NCBI GenBank assembly: GCA_965215505.1
Contig: OZ244065.1
Location: 5,056,001 to 5,120,000 of the forward strand
Length of the DNA stretch: 64,000 bases
From: Capsulimonadaceae bacterium
GTDB taxonomy: Bacteria; Armatimonadota; Armatimonadia; Armatimonadales; Capsulimonadaceae
Direction: 5' to 3'
This document shows positions 1-10,043 of the stretch, one piece after another. Every line of letters starts with the position of its first letter. The first letter of the stretch is position 1. The notes below the pieces were generated by a model that saw only the letters and a program-made list of their open reading frames with translations, searched no databases and was not told where the DNA came from. Both the position numbers and the translations under genes were made by a program.

Positions 1-424
1 CGTAGCCCAAAGGCTCGAAGAGGCGGCTCAGGAACTCGGCCCCGCCTCGGCTCGGCACCACTTCCAGCCGCGCCTCCAGCGGCATCGGCGCTTCGGCCAG
101 ACCGGGACGGTCTTTGCAGCGCCCGCCCAGGGCGCTGCCGTAGACCTGAGCCAGTGCGACCGAGAGGAACGAGGAGGCGACATAAGGCCGGTCGTTGACA
201 TACTGAGCCAGTGTCCGGCCCTCCCCCCGCGCGCCGCGGACAAGGGCCACGGCGTCCACGTCCAGCAGCAGGGCCGCCGTGCAGGCGTCCTCGGAGACTT
301 CCGGGTAGAAGACGTGCGCCTGCCCGAAGGACAGGTCGAACGACTGCGGACGGGCCGGGTTCTTGTGCAGCAGGTAGCCCAGGTCGGTGGCGGGGGCCTG
401 CGTCGTGCGGATGGTCAGCAGCAT
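1..424 (-). CDS. hen1: 3'-terminal RNA ribose 2'-O-methyltransferase Hen1 (N-terminal part; runs off window edge)
   Basis: Manual translation from ATG at 424: MLLTIRTTQAPATDLGYLLHKNPARPQSFDLSFGQAHVFYPEVSEDACTAALLLDVDAVALVRG...QYVNDRPYVASSFLSVALAQVYGSALGGRCKDRP...FEPLGY, the characteristic bacterial Hen1 N-terminal domain. Not in ORF track because no stop lies in the window. Confidence 0.92.
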   Translation of the reverse strand, partial: MLLTIRTTQAPATDLGYLLHKNPARPQSFDLSFGQAHVFYPEVSEDACTAALLLDVDAVALVRGARGEGRTLAQYVNDRPYVASSFLSVALAQVYGSALGGRCKDRPGLAEAPMPLEARLEVVPSRGGAEFLSRLFEPLGY

Positions 425-466
425 GAGGCATTATACCTGATGCTGCCCGCCTCCGACCGGGAGCGG

Positions 467-2068
467 TTAATAAAGCAGCCTTTGTGCTGCCCTGCTCCTG
501 AGTAGGCGCAGGTAACGCGCCGGGGCGGACGTCGTTTTGACGTCCGAAGTCGCCCGCCGGGTTTCAAGCACCCAGCCGCCGGTTGCCCGGTGCCAGTCAT
601 CCTCCACCGACTGCTCCAATTCCTCGCAGCCGGTGTCGGGCGACCCCGGCAGACTGGTCCAGCGATACCAAGTCACCGTGGTGGAGACGATCACGAGGTT
701 GCCGGAGCGGCGGCTGCCGGTGACATAGTGGTTTAGCTCGATCACCGCCGCCGGGCCGAGCGGGCCGTCAACCTGAGCAAGATACCGGTCCAGCGTTGCC
801 CGATGTCCTGCCTGGTCAACCGCGCGGAAATTGGTGGTGAACATGGCCCTGAACCTGTCCGGTTGATGGGCGTTGAAGGCGTCTTCCCCGGCGTCATAAG
901 CCGCCGCAATCTCGGCCTGCTCCTGGAACTCTTCGGGCCTGGTCCCGGCCAGGCCGGGGTTCTCCTGGACCGGGAGCGTCAGGACAAACCCGCCGTCCGG
1001 CTTTGACTCCCATGAGAACGGCCCGACTTGGTGAAACCAAGCGAGGTTGTAAACGCGCGTCAGTGATCGCGGTTCCTGCGTGTCGCTCACCTTGTCACCG
1101 GCCTTGAAGCCCAGGGCGGCTATGACGGCGGCACTCGGGACGACCCGGTTCCCGGTGACTCTGATCTCGCTGATCGGGCGCTGCTGGGGTGGGGCGAGTA
1201 CAGGTGTCGCCGCTCCCGGAGAATCCGCCACCCGGACGCGCGGGTTCGGAGAAGGCCGGCCTGCTTGGGGACCGAGGGACGACGCCCTGTGTACCGTCGG
1301 CGCTTTGGGCGCGAGCGCCCGCGCCAACCCCGCACCGACGCCGAGCGCGCCGACGCCGAGGACTACGGCGGCCGTGAGGCCGCCGATCTGTTTCATCCGC
1401 ATGGCTTTCAATACTCCTTGGGTGATTTGGGAGAGGTGGGGGCTGGCGACCGGGCCGGCGAGGATAGGATCGGGTGCCGGGTCCAGGGCATGGGCGGTGA
1501 GCAGCGCGCCTAATGCGGTCACGGGAACGGTGACGCCCTGGGCGGTGAGGAAGCGGCGCATCTTTTCCAGGGCGCGATTGACCCGGTGCCTGGCAGCGTC
1601 CTCCTTCTGCCCCAGCGCCAGGGCGACTTCGGCGAAGTCTTTGTCTTCAAAGAAGCGCAGCAGGATCGAGTCCCGATCCTTGGGTCCGAGCCGGTCGAGG
1701 CTGTCATGCAGCCACGGGGCAATCTCCCGCCAGGCCGCCTCCTGCGCCCGCGCCGCCGCTTCGTGCATCTCGGCCCCCGCTCGTTCCTCACGCGCTTGTC
1801 GCCGCTGTTCGCCCTTCCGCATGTCCCGCGCTGCGAACCTGGCCGTCTGGAACAGCCACCCGCTCAGAATGACCCCGTGCCGCAGCGATTTGGCCTTCTG
1901 CGCCAGGACGAGAAAGACCACCTGGGTGGCGTCTTCCGCCTGGGCGCTGTCGGCAAGCTCACGCCGGCAGGTGCTAAAGACCAGCCTGCGATGCCGTTCC
2001 ACCAGCCGGGCAAATGCCTCCTCCGAGCCTGTATCAACGAATTGTCTGAGCAGTCGCCAGTCTTCCAC
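467..2068 (-). CDS. ECF-type sigma-70 factor with transmembrane segment and C-terminal extension (POTRA-like + SnoaL/DUF4440-like)
   Basis: Sigma2 (AFARLVERH...AEDATQVVF...WLF) and sigma4 (LGPKDRDSILLRFFEDKDFAEVA...) motifs; hydrophobic segment; ISEIRVTGNRVV POTRA-like motif; GTG start at 2068 after a GGGAG-type RBS. Confidence 0.85.
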   Translation of the reverse strand: MEDWRLLRQFVDTGSEEAFARLVERHRRLVFSTCRRELADSAQAEDATQVVFLVLAQKAKSLRHGVILSGWLFQTARFAARDMRKGEQRRQAREERAGAEMHEAAARAQEAAWREIAPWLHDSLDRLGPKDRDSILLRFFEDKDFAEVALALGQKEDAARHRVNRALEKMRRFLTAQGVTVPVTALGALLTAHALDPAPDPILAGPVASPHLSQITQGVLKAMRMKQIGGLTAAVVLGVGALGVGAGLARALAPKAPTVHRASSLGPQAGRPSPNPRVRVADSPGAATPVLAPPQQRPISEIRVTGNRVVPSAAVIAALGFKAGDKVSDTQEPRSLTRVYNLAWFHQVGPFSWESKPDGGFVLTLPVQENPGLAGTRPEEFQEQAEIAAAYDAGEDAFNAHQPDRFRAMFTTNFRAVDQAGHRATLDRYLAQVDGPLGPAAVIELNHYVTGSRRSGNLVIVSTTVTWYRWTSLPGSPDTGCEELEQSVEDDWHRATGGWVLETRRATSDVKTTSAPARYLRLLRSRAAQRLLY

Positions 2069-2140
2069 CTCGTTCTCCCACTCAGTTATGGACGGCGGAG
2101 GGCGGAAACCGATCAAAGAGAAAAGGAAAATAGAATGTTT

Positions 2141-2428
2141 TTACAGCCCACGGCTGCGGAGCCTGCGCGTGAGTGTGTCAAGCAGAGACTCGACCAGGGG
2201 CTTCGGGGCCGGGAGGCGGGGCGGGTAGCGGGGGGGGCCGTGCGACAGAACGATGGTGGCGCGGGCGGCGGGGGACTTGCCGCGCCGGGCGGCGGGGACA
2301 TACCCGACCTGACCGACCGGTGGCGTGGCATCTTCGGGAACCGGAACGTCGAACTTTTCGCCGCAGCGGTGGCAGAACAGTCCGCCGGGATGGACCTGTT
2401 CCTCGCACTGTTCGCACTCGTAAACCAT
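2141..2428 (-). CDS. small zinc-ribbon protein (hypothetical)
   Basis: MVYECEQC...FCHRCG, two CxxC pairs; start trimmed to internal ATG. Confidence 0.6.
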   Translation of the reverse strand: MVYECEQCEEQVHPGGLFCHRCGEKFDVPVPEDATPPVGQVGYVPAARRGKSPAARATIVLSHGPPRYPPRLPAPKPLVESLLDTLTRRLRSRGL

Positions 2429-2527
2429 GATGACATGCCTTCTAATCCAGTCTTGTGGGCTGGATAACAAAGGTGTTCGGCGGCTGGGGCGGGAATTCCT
2501 GCTCTCATTCCCGCCCCGTGCGTAATC

Positions 2528-3502
2528 TCAGCGCTCAACCATGCCCATCCCCCGCTCGCCGTAGCGCGGGCCGGCCGTTTGGGTCGCCAGCGCGTCCAGC
2601 CGGGCGAGGTCGTCCGAGGTCAGCGTGACGGCGGCGGCTCCGGCGTTTTCTTCCAGGTATTTGAGCCGCTTGGTGCCGGGAATCGGGGCGATGTCCTCGC
2701 CCTGGGCCAGCAGCCAGGCCAGAGCGATCTGGCCGGGAACGGCGTCCTTGGAGCGGGCGATGTCCTTGACGACGTCCACCAGTTCCATGTTCTTGGCGAA
2801 GTTCTCGCCCTGATAGCGCGGGTCGTTGCGGCGGTAGTCGTCCTCGGGGATGTCCTCGTAGGACTTGATCTGGCCGGTCAGGAAGCCGCGCCCCAGCGGG
2901 CTGTAGGGGACCAGGCCGATGCCCAGCTCGCGAATAGTGGGCAGGATCTCCGCCTCGATGCCGCGCTCCCAGAGCGAATATTCGCTTTGCAGTGCGGCAA
3001 TCGGGTGGACCGCCTGCGCGCGGCGCAGCGTCTCCGGCCCGACTTCGGACAGGCCGAGATGTTTGACTTTGCCGGCTTTGACGAGTTCTGCCATCGCCCC
3101 GACCGTCTCCTCGATAGGGACGGACCGGTCGCGCCGGTGCTGGTAGTAGAGGTCAATCGTGTCAATGCCCAGCCGCTGGAGCGAGGCGTCGCAGGCGCGG
3201 CGGACGTTCCGGGGCGTGCCGTCCACGCCCGCCGTCGCGCCGTCCTCGATCTTGAAGCCGAACTTGGTGGCGACCACGGCCTGCTCGCGCCGGCCTTTGA
3301 GGGCCTTGCCGACCAGCTCCTCGTTGACGTAGGGGCCGTAGACCTCGGCGGTGTCCAGGAAGGTCATGCCCAGGTCCAGGGAGCGGTGGATGACCGCGAC
3401 GGCGTCCTCGTCCGTGGCCTTGCCGTAGAGGAAGCTCATGCCCATGCAGCCCAGGCCGAGTTCGGAGACGGTCAGGCCGTCTCCTAAATTGCGTGTGTCC
3501 AT
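2528..3502 (-). CDS. aldo/keto reductase
   Basis: [47 protein letters not shown] motifs. Confidence 0.95.
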   Translation of the reverse strand: MDTRNLGDGLTVSELGLGCMGMSFLYGKATDEDAVAVIHRSLDLGMTFLDTAEVYGPYVNEELVGKALKGRREQAVVATKFGFKIEDGATAGVDGTPRNVRRACDASLQRLGIDTIDLYYQHRRDRSVPIEETVGAMAELVKAGKVKHLGLSEVGPETLRRAQAVHPIAALQSEYSLWERGIEAEILPTIRELGIGLVPYSPLGRGFLTGQIKSYEDIPEDDYRRNDPRYQGENFAKNMELVDVVKDIARSKDAVPGQIALAWLLAQGEDIAPIPGTKRLKYLEENAGAAAVTLTSDDLARLDALATQTAGPRYGERGMGMVER

Positions 3503-3521
3503 GTGTGTTCTCCCATTCGGC

Positions 3522-4601
3522 TCATGGCCGGAGGACGGTCATCTTGAAGGGGCCGCCGTTGGCGGCGGCGTGCGTGACGGCCTCGTTCGCGTCGTCCAAG
3601 CCGAACTCGGTCACGTCATAGTTGTCCAGGCGCAGGAGGCCGGACCGGACAAGCCCGACCATCCGGACGGCGGCCTCCGTCGGGTACATCCACTGACCCC
3701 GGACGGTGATGCAGCTCCGCATGATCCAGGGGTACGGCAAATCCAGCCCGGCACCGCCTAGCATCCCGACGCCCCCCATCAGCACGGCCCGGCCGTAAGG
3801 CCGCACCGTCATGATCGCGGCCCGCGCCACCGTCGCCTCGGCGGAGGGCGGCAGGATGTCCAGCACGCAGTCTATCGGGCCGGGGGCCGCCCGCCGCATC
3901 CGCTCCCGGTCGTCCTCCTCATTGCCGGTGAGCTTCACGGGCCGGAGGCGCGGGCCGAACCGACGCGCCAGACCCTCAAGCGCCTTCTCGTTCCGGCCCG
4001 GCGCGATGACGCAGCCCGCACCCATCGCGAGGGCCACGGCGGCGGCGGCGCTGCCGAAGTTGCCGGTCGCGCCGCTGATCAGGACCGTCTCCCCCGCCTG
4101 CAAGTTCGCCGCCAGCAGGCCGCCATACGGCACCAGGAGCGTGCCGATCGCACACCAGGAGGCGGCCTCCGCCGTGTCAATCGCGCCGATCGGGATGGCG
4201 TTCTCCGTCGGGACCATCATTCGCTCGGCGAAGGAGCCGTGGTGGAAGTATTCTTGCAGGCGCAGGCCGCCCGCGCCGCGGGCGCTCGCGCCTTGCAGCG
4301 TGATGTCCGGGTTCAGCACGTCGTCGCGCGACCGCACGGTCGGGTCACAGTAGACCCAGTCGCCGGCGGCCAGGTGCGTCGCGTCCGGCCCGGTCTCGCG
4401 CACACGACCGACCGCCCCGGCACCCGGTGCCACGGGCAAGGTCAGCAGATACTTCCGCGCGCCGCTGAAGACTTCGCCCGCGTAGGACAGGACGGGGGCC
4501 GCCACGACATCAACGATAACCTCCCCCGTGCCCATGACCGGGTCGGGCAGGGTTTCGATGGCGAGCGGCGAACCGAACGAGTTCAAAACCGCAGCTTTCA
4601 T
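3522..4601 (-). CDS. zinc-binding dehydrogenase family (MDR) oxidoreductase
   Basis: MKAAVL start, GroES-like N-domain, [14 protein letters not shown] Rossmann motif. Confidence 0.88.
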   Translation of the reverse strand: MKAAVLNSFGSPLAIETLPDPVMGTGEVIVDVVAAPVLSYAGEVFSGARKYLLTLPVAPGAGAVGRVRETGPDATHLAAGDWVYCDPTVRSRDDVLNPDITLQGASARGAGGLRLQEYFHHGSFAERMMVPTENAIPIGAIDTAEAASWCAIGTLLVPYGGLLAANLQAGETVLISGATGNFGSAAAAVALAMGAGCVIAPGRNEKALEGLARRFGPRLRPVKLTGNEEDDRERMRRAAPGPIDCVLDILPPSAEATVARAAIMTVRPYGRAVLMGGVGMLGGAGLDLPYPWIMRSCITVRGQWMYPTEAAVRMVGLVRSGLLRLDNYDVTEFGLDDANEAVTHAAANGGPFKMTVLRP

Positions 4602-4621
4602 GGTTGTTCTCCTCTCAGGTT

Positions 4622-5638
4622 TCAGGCCGCGACACGGATGACGACCTTGCCGAAGTGCGCGCCGCTTTGCAGGTGGGCGTAGGCGGCGCGGGCTTCGTCG
4701 AAGGCGAATGCGCGGTCAATGACCGGGCGGACCTGCCCTACGGTCAGTGCGGACAGCAGCCGCTCGAACATGGCACGCGAGCCGACATAAATGCCGGTGA
4801 CGTTCAGGCTCTTCCCCAGGATGGGCATGGGGGAGACAGTCGCGCCAACGTCGGATAGTACGCCGATCTGGGCGATGTGGCCGCCGTGCCGGGTGGCCTG
4901 GAGCGACTTCGCGAATGTCCCCGGCCCGCCGACTTCAATGATGTGGTCCACGCCGCGCTTGCCGGTCAGGCCCCAGACGGTCTTGTCCCAGTCGGGGGTC
5001 GTTTTGTAGTTGACGACCTCGTCCGCGCCCAATGCCCTGGCCCGTTCCAGTTTCTCGTCGGATGAGGATGTCAGGATGACTCGCGCGCCGTGCATCTTGG
5101 CGATCTGGAGCGCGAACATGGAGACGCCGCCCGTCCCCTGTACCAGCACGGTTTCGCCCGCCGTCAGGCGGCCCTGCTCGACAAGCCCGTTCCAGGCGGT
5201 GACGGCGGCGCAGGGCAGACTCGCGCCTTCCTCATAGGTGAGATAGTCGGGCAGCTTGACGACGCCCTCTGCGGACAGGACGACGTATTCGGCCAGCATC
5301 CCGTCCACCGCCCCGCCCAGGGCCGAGGCATGGTAGGCGGCCTGGATGCCGCCGTCCAGCCAAGTCTGGAAGAAGATGCCCGCCACACGGTCGCCGGCCT
5401 TGACGCGCGAGACGCCTGCGCCGACGGCGGCGACTTCACCCGCGCCGTCGGACAGCGGGACGCGGTCGGGGGGCGTCGTCCCGCCGTAGTTTCCCGTGGC
5501 GATCATCAGGTCGCGGTAGTTGAGCGAGGCCGCGTGGACGCGGACGAGTATCTGCCCCGGTGCGGGCGTCGGGTCGGGCAGGTCAACCAGGGCAAGCCCG
5601 TCCAGGCTGCCGGTGTCTTTGAGTTGATAGGCTTTCAT
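4622..5638 (-). CDS. NAD(P)-dependent alcohol dehydrogenase-like MDR oxidoreductase
   Basis: MKAYQL..., SLNYRD, PLSDGAGEV, LPCAAVTAWN, GTGGVS, HFGKVVI; start set to ATG 5638 because the longer ORF runs through a repeat. Confidence 0.92.
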   Translation of the reverse strand: MKAYQLKDTGSLDGLALVDLPDPTPAPGQILVRVHAASLNYRDLMIATGNYGGTTPPDRVPLSDGAGEVAAVGAGVSRVKAGDRVAGIFFQTWLDGGIQAAYHASALGGAVDGMLAEYVVLSAEGVVKLPDYLTYEEGASLPCAAVTAWNGLVEQGRLTAGETVLVQGTGGVSMFALQIAKMHGARVILTSSSDEKLERARALGADEVVNYKTTPDWDKTVWGLTGKRGVDHIIEVGGPGTFAKSLQATRHGGHIAQIGVLSDVGATVSPMPILGKSLNVTGIYVGSRAMFERLLSALTVGQVRPVIDRAFAFDEARAAYAHLQSGAHFGKVVIRVAA

Positions 5639-5664
5639 GTGGGGGGGCCCGTGTGGTGTGTTGA

Positions 5665-5801
5665 ACACGGGGCTGAACCCCCGTGCTGTAAAAGTGCAAG
5701 CCCCCGCCTTCGCGGGCGAAGAAAAACCGTCCGGGCGCGCTTCTCTTGCCCGCGAAGGCGGGGAGTTGCTTTTACTGAAGCACGGGGGTTCAGCCCCGTG
5801 T
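5665..5801. repeat. REPIN-like palindromic element, family A
   Basis: Outer arms ACACGGGGCTGAACCCCCGTGCT / AGCACGGGGGTTCAGCCCCGTGT, each itself a hairpin; inner arms CCCCCGCCTTCGCGGGC / GCCCGCGAAGGCGGGGA. Confidence 0.85.
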
Positions 5802-5808
5802 ATTATCC

Positions 5809-6894
5809 TCACGCCAGCGCCGGGTAGTCGGTGTAGCCTCCGGCCTCGCCGCCGTACATCGTGGACTCGTCAACCGTGTTCAGCGCGGCGTCCTCGGCAT
5901 AGCGCCGGACGAGGTCCGGGTTCGCGATGAACGGGACGCCGAAGGAGATCAGGTCCGCCTCGCCCGAGGCGATGGCCCCGTTGCCCGTCTCTTTGTTGTA
6001 GCCGCCGTTGAGCATGAAGACGCCGCCGAAGGCCTCGCGCAGCAGCGGCGCGAGCCGCTCCGTGTCCGGGTTCGCCATAGGGTGCGAGTCCTGCACCGGC
6101 TCCACGACGTGCAGGTAGGCCAGGCCCAGAGCGCCCAGCTTGCGGGCGGCGTAGCCGAAAGTGGCGGCGGGGTCGCTGTCGCGCATGTCGTTGAACCCAC
6201 TGGTGGGAGACAGGCGGACGCCGACCCGGTCCGCGCCCCAGACCTGGGCCACGGCTTCGGTCACCTCTAACAGCAGGCGGGCGCGGTTCTCGACCGGGCC
6301 ACCGTACTCGTCGGTGCGATGGTTCGAGCCGTCGCGCAGGAACTGGTCCAGCAAATAGCCGTTCGCGCCGTGGACCTCCACGCCGTCAAGTCCGGCGTCT
6401 TTGGCGTGGCGGGCGGCGTCCACATACTGCCGGACAATGCCGGGGATCTCGGAGAGTTCCAGGGCGCGGGGCGTGACGAACTCCTGCGGACCGGTTTCGG
6501 TGAAGATCTCGCCAGCGGGCTTGACGGCGGACGGGCCGACGGGCAGCACGCCGTCAACCTGGGTGGAAGGGTGCGAGATGCGCCCGACGTGCCACAACTG
6601 GAGGTAGATGTGGCCGCCCTGGGCATGGACCGAGTCGGTGATTTTTCGCCAGCCGGCGATCTGGGCCTCGGTGAAGATGCCCGGCGTCTTGGGATAGCCT
6701 TTCGCCTGGGCGGAAATCTGGCTGGCCTCGCTGATGATCAGGCCCGCCGATGCGCGCTGCGTGTAGTAGAGGACCGCCATGTCGGTGGGCGCGTCGCCCT
6801 CCCCGGCCCGGCTGCGTGTCAGCGGGGCCATGACCATGCGGTTCGGCAGCGTCAGCGGGCCGAGGGCAAGGGGCGTAAAGAGATCATTACTCAT
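5809..6894 (-). CDS. alkene reductase (old yellow enzyme, NemA-like)
   Basis: NRMVMAPLTRSRA, QLWHVGR, EVHGANGYLLDQF, NHRTDEYGG, FIANPDL, GYTDYP. Confidence 0.95.
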   Translation of the reverse strand: MSNDLFTPLALGPLTLPNRMVMAPLTRSRAGEGDAPTDMAVLYYTQRASAGLIISEASQISAQAKGYPKTPGIFTEAQIAGWRKITDSVHAQGGHIYLQLWHVGRISHPSTQVDGVLPVGPSAVKPAGEIFTETGPQEFVTPRALELSEIPGIVRQYVDAARHAKDAGLDGVEVHGANGYLLDQFLRDGSNHRTDEYGGPVENRARLLLEVTEAVAQVWGADRVGVRLSPTSGFNDMRDSDPAATFGYAARKLGALGLAYLHVVEPVQDSHPMANPDTERLAPLLREAFGGVFMLNGGYNKETGNGAIASGEADLISFGVPFIANPDLVRRYAEDAALNTVDESTMYGGEAGGYTDYPALA

Positions 6895-6940
6895 GCGATT
6901 TTGTCTTTCTGGAATGCTGTAGAAGGGGCCGAGATCGGGT

Positions 6941-7057
6941 CGAGTGGTTGGAAACCACTCGCTAGGAGAAGCGTCCTGCGGACGGGCAGAGGTAGCGCGT
7001 GTGCCCTATCCCTTGTCCGAAGGACACCTACGCTAGCGAGTGGTTTCCAACCACTCG
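6941..7057. repeat. REPIN-like palindromic element, family B (copy 1)
   Basis: Arms CGAGTGGTTGGAAACCACTCGCTAG / CTAGCGAGTGGTTTCCAACCACTCG; inner GTCCTGCGGAC...GTCCGAAGGAC; 117 bp; inverted homolog at 37902-38018. Confidence 0.88.
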
Positions 7058-7081
7058 GTTTCTCGGCCCCGTTGTTCGAGG

Positions 7082-7918
7082 TCACTTGGGGAATTCCGTC
7101 CCCAGAGACACGGCCTCCCACTCGGTCAGTTCCCGCTCGATGGAGGTCATCTTGCGGCGCGCGGCGTCCAGGGCGTACTTGCCCAGGAAGAGGCGCGTGG
7201 GGGCCTTGCCGCCGGCCACCATCTGGACGATGGCGCGGGCGGCGGCGTCGGGGTCGCCCGGTTGCGACCCATCAATCTTGTGCAGGTAGGCGGCGAACTT
7301 GCCCGAAGTCGGGTCATAGTCGGCAATGTGCTGCGTCGCATCCTCCATCGAGCGCCCGATGAAGTCGGTGCGGAAGGGGCCGGGGATGACGCTGGTGATC
7401 TTGATGCCGAGTGGCTTCACCTCGTCGCGCAGGGCGTCCGAGGCGGCGTCGAGGGCGGCCTTCGCGCCGCCATAGACTGAGAATCCGGGGTGGTTGCTGA
7501 AGGCGGCGACGGCGGACATGTTCACGATGTGGCCGGACTTTTGCGCCCGCAGTGTCGGCAGGACGGCCCGCAGGACCGCAAGCGGGCCGAGGAAGTTCGT
7601 CGCCAGATTGCGCTGGATCTGCGCCTCATCGCACTCCTCCAGAGCGCCCATCAGGCCGTAACCCGCGTTGTTGATGACGACATCTAGCCGCTCGCCGAAG
7701 GCCGCCAACGCGGACGCGACGGCGGCCTTCACCTGCGCCCCGTCGGTCACGTCCAGCGGGAAGACGCGCAGGGTGTCCGGGTACTCGGAGGCCAGATCGT
7801 CCAGCGCCTCGGGCTTGCGGGCCGTCGCGACCACCTGCGCCCCCGCCTCCAGCGCCTGCACGGTCAGCGACCGCCCGAAGCCGGTGGAGGCGCCGGTGAT
7901 AAACCACACGTTGCTCAT
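7082..7918 (-). CDS. short-chain dehydrogenase/reductase (SDR)
   Basis: WFITGASTGFG, NNAGYG, YGGAK, PGPFRTDF. Confidence 0.93.
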   Translation of the reverse strand: MSNVWFITGASTGFGRSLTVQALEAGAQVVATARKPEALDDLASEYPDTLRVFPLDVTDGAQVKAAVASALAAFGERLDVVINNAGYGLMGALEECDEAQIQRNLATNFLGPLAVLRAVLPTLRAQKSGHIVNMSAVAAFSNHPGFSVYGGAKAALDAASDALRDEVKPLGIKITSVIPGPFRTDFIGRSMEDATQHIADYDPTSGKFAAYLHKIDGSQPGDPDAAARAIVQMVAGGKAPTRLFLGKYALDAARRKMTSIERELTEWEAVSLGTEFPK

Positions 7919-7998
7919 TACGATGTCTCTTTTCTAAGCGTATCTACTTCTCCCCAACACGGGGTCAGGCGATAAGGTGCCGGTCACCCGAGACAAAG

Positions 7999-8943
7999 TC
8001 AGTCGAGATGGAGGACAGCCTTGCCGGGGTACTTGCGGTCCAACAAGTCCTGCGCGGCGGCGGCGATCTCGACCCACGGCCGCTCGGCGGAAATGAAGGG
8101 GTTCAGCCGGCCCGAGGCCACCAGGGCGGCCAGGCGGCCCAGGCCGGTGGAAGCCGGCTCGACCGTCCGCAACTCGTCGAACAGGACCGACCCGATCAGC
8201 GTCGTCAGCCCGGCCCCGTAGAACGCTTGGGCGTCGAAGGTGACGGAGTTGCCCGCCGAGGTGCCGATCGAGACGATCTTAGCCCCTTCGCTCACCAGGC
8301 CGAGGGCGTCACCCAGCACGGCCCCGCCGACCGATTCGATGATCAGGTCGAACGGGCCGAGATCCTTGGCGGCGGAGGCAAGTGAATCGCCGATGGCGGC
8401 CTTGTCTGCGCCCGCTTCCATGACCTGCGCGGCCTGCTCCGCCCGGCGGACGTGGGCGACGACGCGCGCCCCCGAAAGCTTGCCGAGACGGATGGCGAAG
8501 TCGCCGACGCCGCCGGTCGCACCGGTCACGAGGACCGTCTTGCCGAGCAGCAGCCCGCCTTTGTGCAGGGCGTGGTAGGCGGTCAGTCCGGCCACGGGCA
8601 GCGTCGCCGCCGAGGCGAACGAGACTGCGTCCGGCAGTGCGGCCAGGGCGTCCGACGACACGGCCACCGCCTCGGCCCAGGCACCCGACCGGACGATGCC
8701 GACCACGCGCACCCCGGCCTGCGGCCCCGTGCCGTCCGCCGCCGGGGCTGCGACGACGCCGGCCAGGTCCCAGCCGGGCCTTGCCCCGGCGGGCGCGGAC
8801 GTCAGGGCGCGTTTGACCTCGCCCCGGTTCAGCGAGACCGCGCGGACGCGGACGACCGCCTCATTCGGCGCGGGGGCGGGTGCGTCCATCTCCCGGATGA
8901 CCAGCCGGCCCGGTGCGGCCGGGTCCACGATGACTGCTCTCAT
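7999..8943 (-). CDS. zinc-binding dehydrogenase / quinone oxidoreductase-like MDR
   Basis: SLNRGE, PGWDLAGVV, LPVAGLTA, VLVTGATGGVG, GKAVL. Confidence 0.9.
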   Translation of the reverse strand: MRAVIVDPAAPGRLVIREMDAPAPAPNEAVVRVRAVSLNRGEVKRALTSAPAGARPGWDLAGVVAAPAADGTGPQAGVRVVGIVRSGAWAEAVAVSSDALAALPDAVSFASAATLPVAGLTAYHALHKGGLLLGKTVLVTGATGGVGDFAIRLGKLSGARVVAHVRRAEQAAQVMEAGADKAAIGDSLASAAKDLGPFDLIIESVGGAVLGDALGLVSEGAKIVSIGTSAGNSVTFDAQAFYGAGLTTLIGSVLFDELRTVEPASTGLGRLAALVASGRLNPFISAERPWVEIAAAAQDLLDRKYPGKAVLHLD

Positions 8944-8947
8944 GTTC

Positions 8948-10015
8948 CTAATCCTCCTGCCCGATGAACGGGTAGTCTGTGTAGCCGGTCGCGCCGGGCG
9001 CGTAGAAGGTGGCCGGGTTAGGAGCGTTCAAGGGCAGCCCGTGGGCCAGGCGCTTAGGCAGGTCGGGGTTCGCGATGAACTGCTGACCCCAGGCCACGGC
9101 ATCGGCCTCCCCGGCGGCTAGGACGTGTTCAGCCTGCTCCCGAGTGAACTGCTCGTTCGCGATGACCGGGCCGCCGAACAGATGCTTGATCTCGGGCGTG
9201 AAGCGCGGCCCGCCGCCCAGCGACTCGCGGATGAACAGGTAGGCGAGGCCGCGCTTGCCGAGTTCGGCGGCCACATGGCCAAAGGTGGCGGCGGGGTCCG
9301 AGTCCGTGATGCCGTGGTGCGCCATGTCGCGCGGCGACAGGTGGACGCCGACCCGGTCCGCGCCCCAGACGCCGACGGCCGCGTCAACCGCTTCCAGCAG
9401 GAACCGGGCGCGGTTCTCGATAGGCCCGCCGTACTCGTCGGTGCGATGGTTGGTGCCGTCGCGCAGGAACTGGTCGGGCAGGTAGCCGTTCGCGCCGTGG
9501 ATCTCCACGCCGTCGAAGCCCGCCCCCTGGGCGTTCCGGGCGGCCTGGGCGTAGTCGGCGATGATGGCCCGGATCCCGTCTACCGTCAGCGCGTGCGGCG
9601 TGGGGTAGGGGGCGTGGCCCGTCGGGATGCGGATCTCGCCGGGGCAGGCGATGGCGGAGGGCGCGACCGGGGGCAGCCCGTCCAGGAAGTCCGGGTGGGA
9701 GAGCCGCCCGACGTGCCAGAGCTGGCAGACGATCCGGCCGCCGGCTTCGTGGACGCCGTCGGTGATCGTTTTCCAGCCCGCGATCTGGGCGGGCGACCAG
9801 ATTCCCGGCGTGTCCATATAGCCCACCGAGCGCGGGTTGATGCAGGTCGCCTCGGTGAAGATCAGCCCCGCCGAAGCGCGCTGCACATAATACTCGCGCA
9901 TCAGATCGTTCGGGACACGGCTTTCGGAAGCCCGGCTGCGGGTAAGCGGGGCCATAATGATGCGGCTGGGCAGGGCAAGCGCCCCAAGGGTGATCGGTTC
10001 AAAGAGTGTCGGCAT
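8948..10015 (-). CDS. alkene reductase (old yellow enzyme), second paralog
   Basis: MAPLTRSRA, QLWHVGR, EIHGANGYL, NHRTDEYGG, GYTDYP; start MPTLF at 10015. Confidence 0.95.
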   Translation of the reverse strand: MPTLFEPITLGALALPSRIIMAPLTRSRASESRVPNDLMREYYVQRASAGLIFTEATCINPRSVGYMDTPGIWSPAQIAGWKTITDGVHEAGGRIVCQLWHVGRLSHPDFLDGLPPVAPSAIACPGEIRIPTGHAPYPTPHALTVDGIRAIIADYAQAARNAQGAGFDGVEIHGANGYLPDQFLRDGTNHRTDEYGGPIENRARFLLEAVDAAVGVWGADRVGVHLSPRDMAHHGITDSDPAATFGHVAAELGKRGLAYLFIRESLGGGPRFTPEIKHLFGGPVIANEQFTREQAEHVLAAGEADAVAWGQQFIANPDLPKRLAHGLPLNAPNPATFYAPGATGYTDYPFIGQED

Positions 10016-10043
10016 GGGTCTTTCTTTCGGTCCAGTGGAATGG

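Noticed and set aside
4622-5812. N-terminal extensions in the ORF track (also 11043-11987, 22478-23593, 23669-25576, 43943-47095, 13991-17185, 33180-33971)
   Set aside because: Extensions run through repeats or upstream genes; family-typical N-termini begin at internal start codons.
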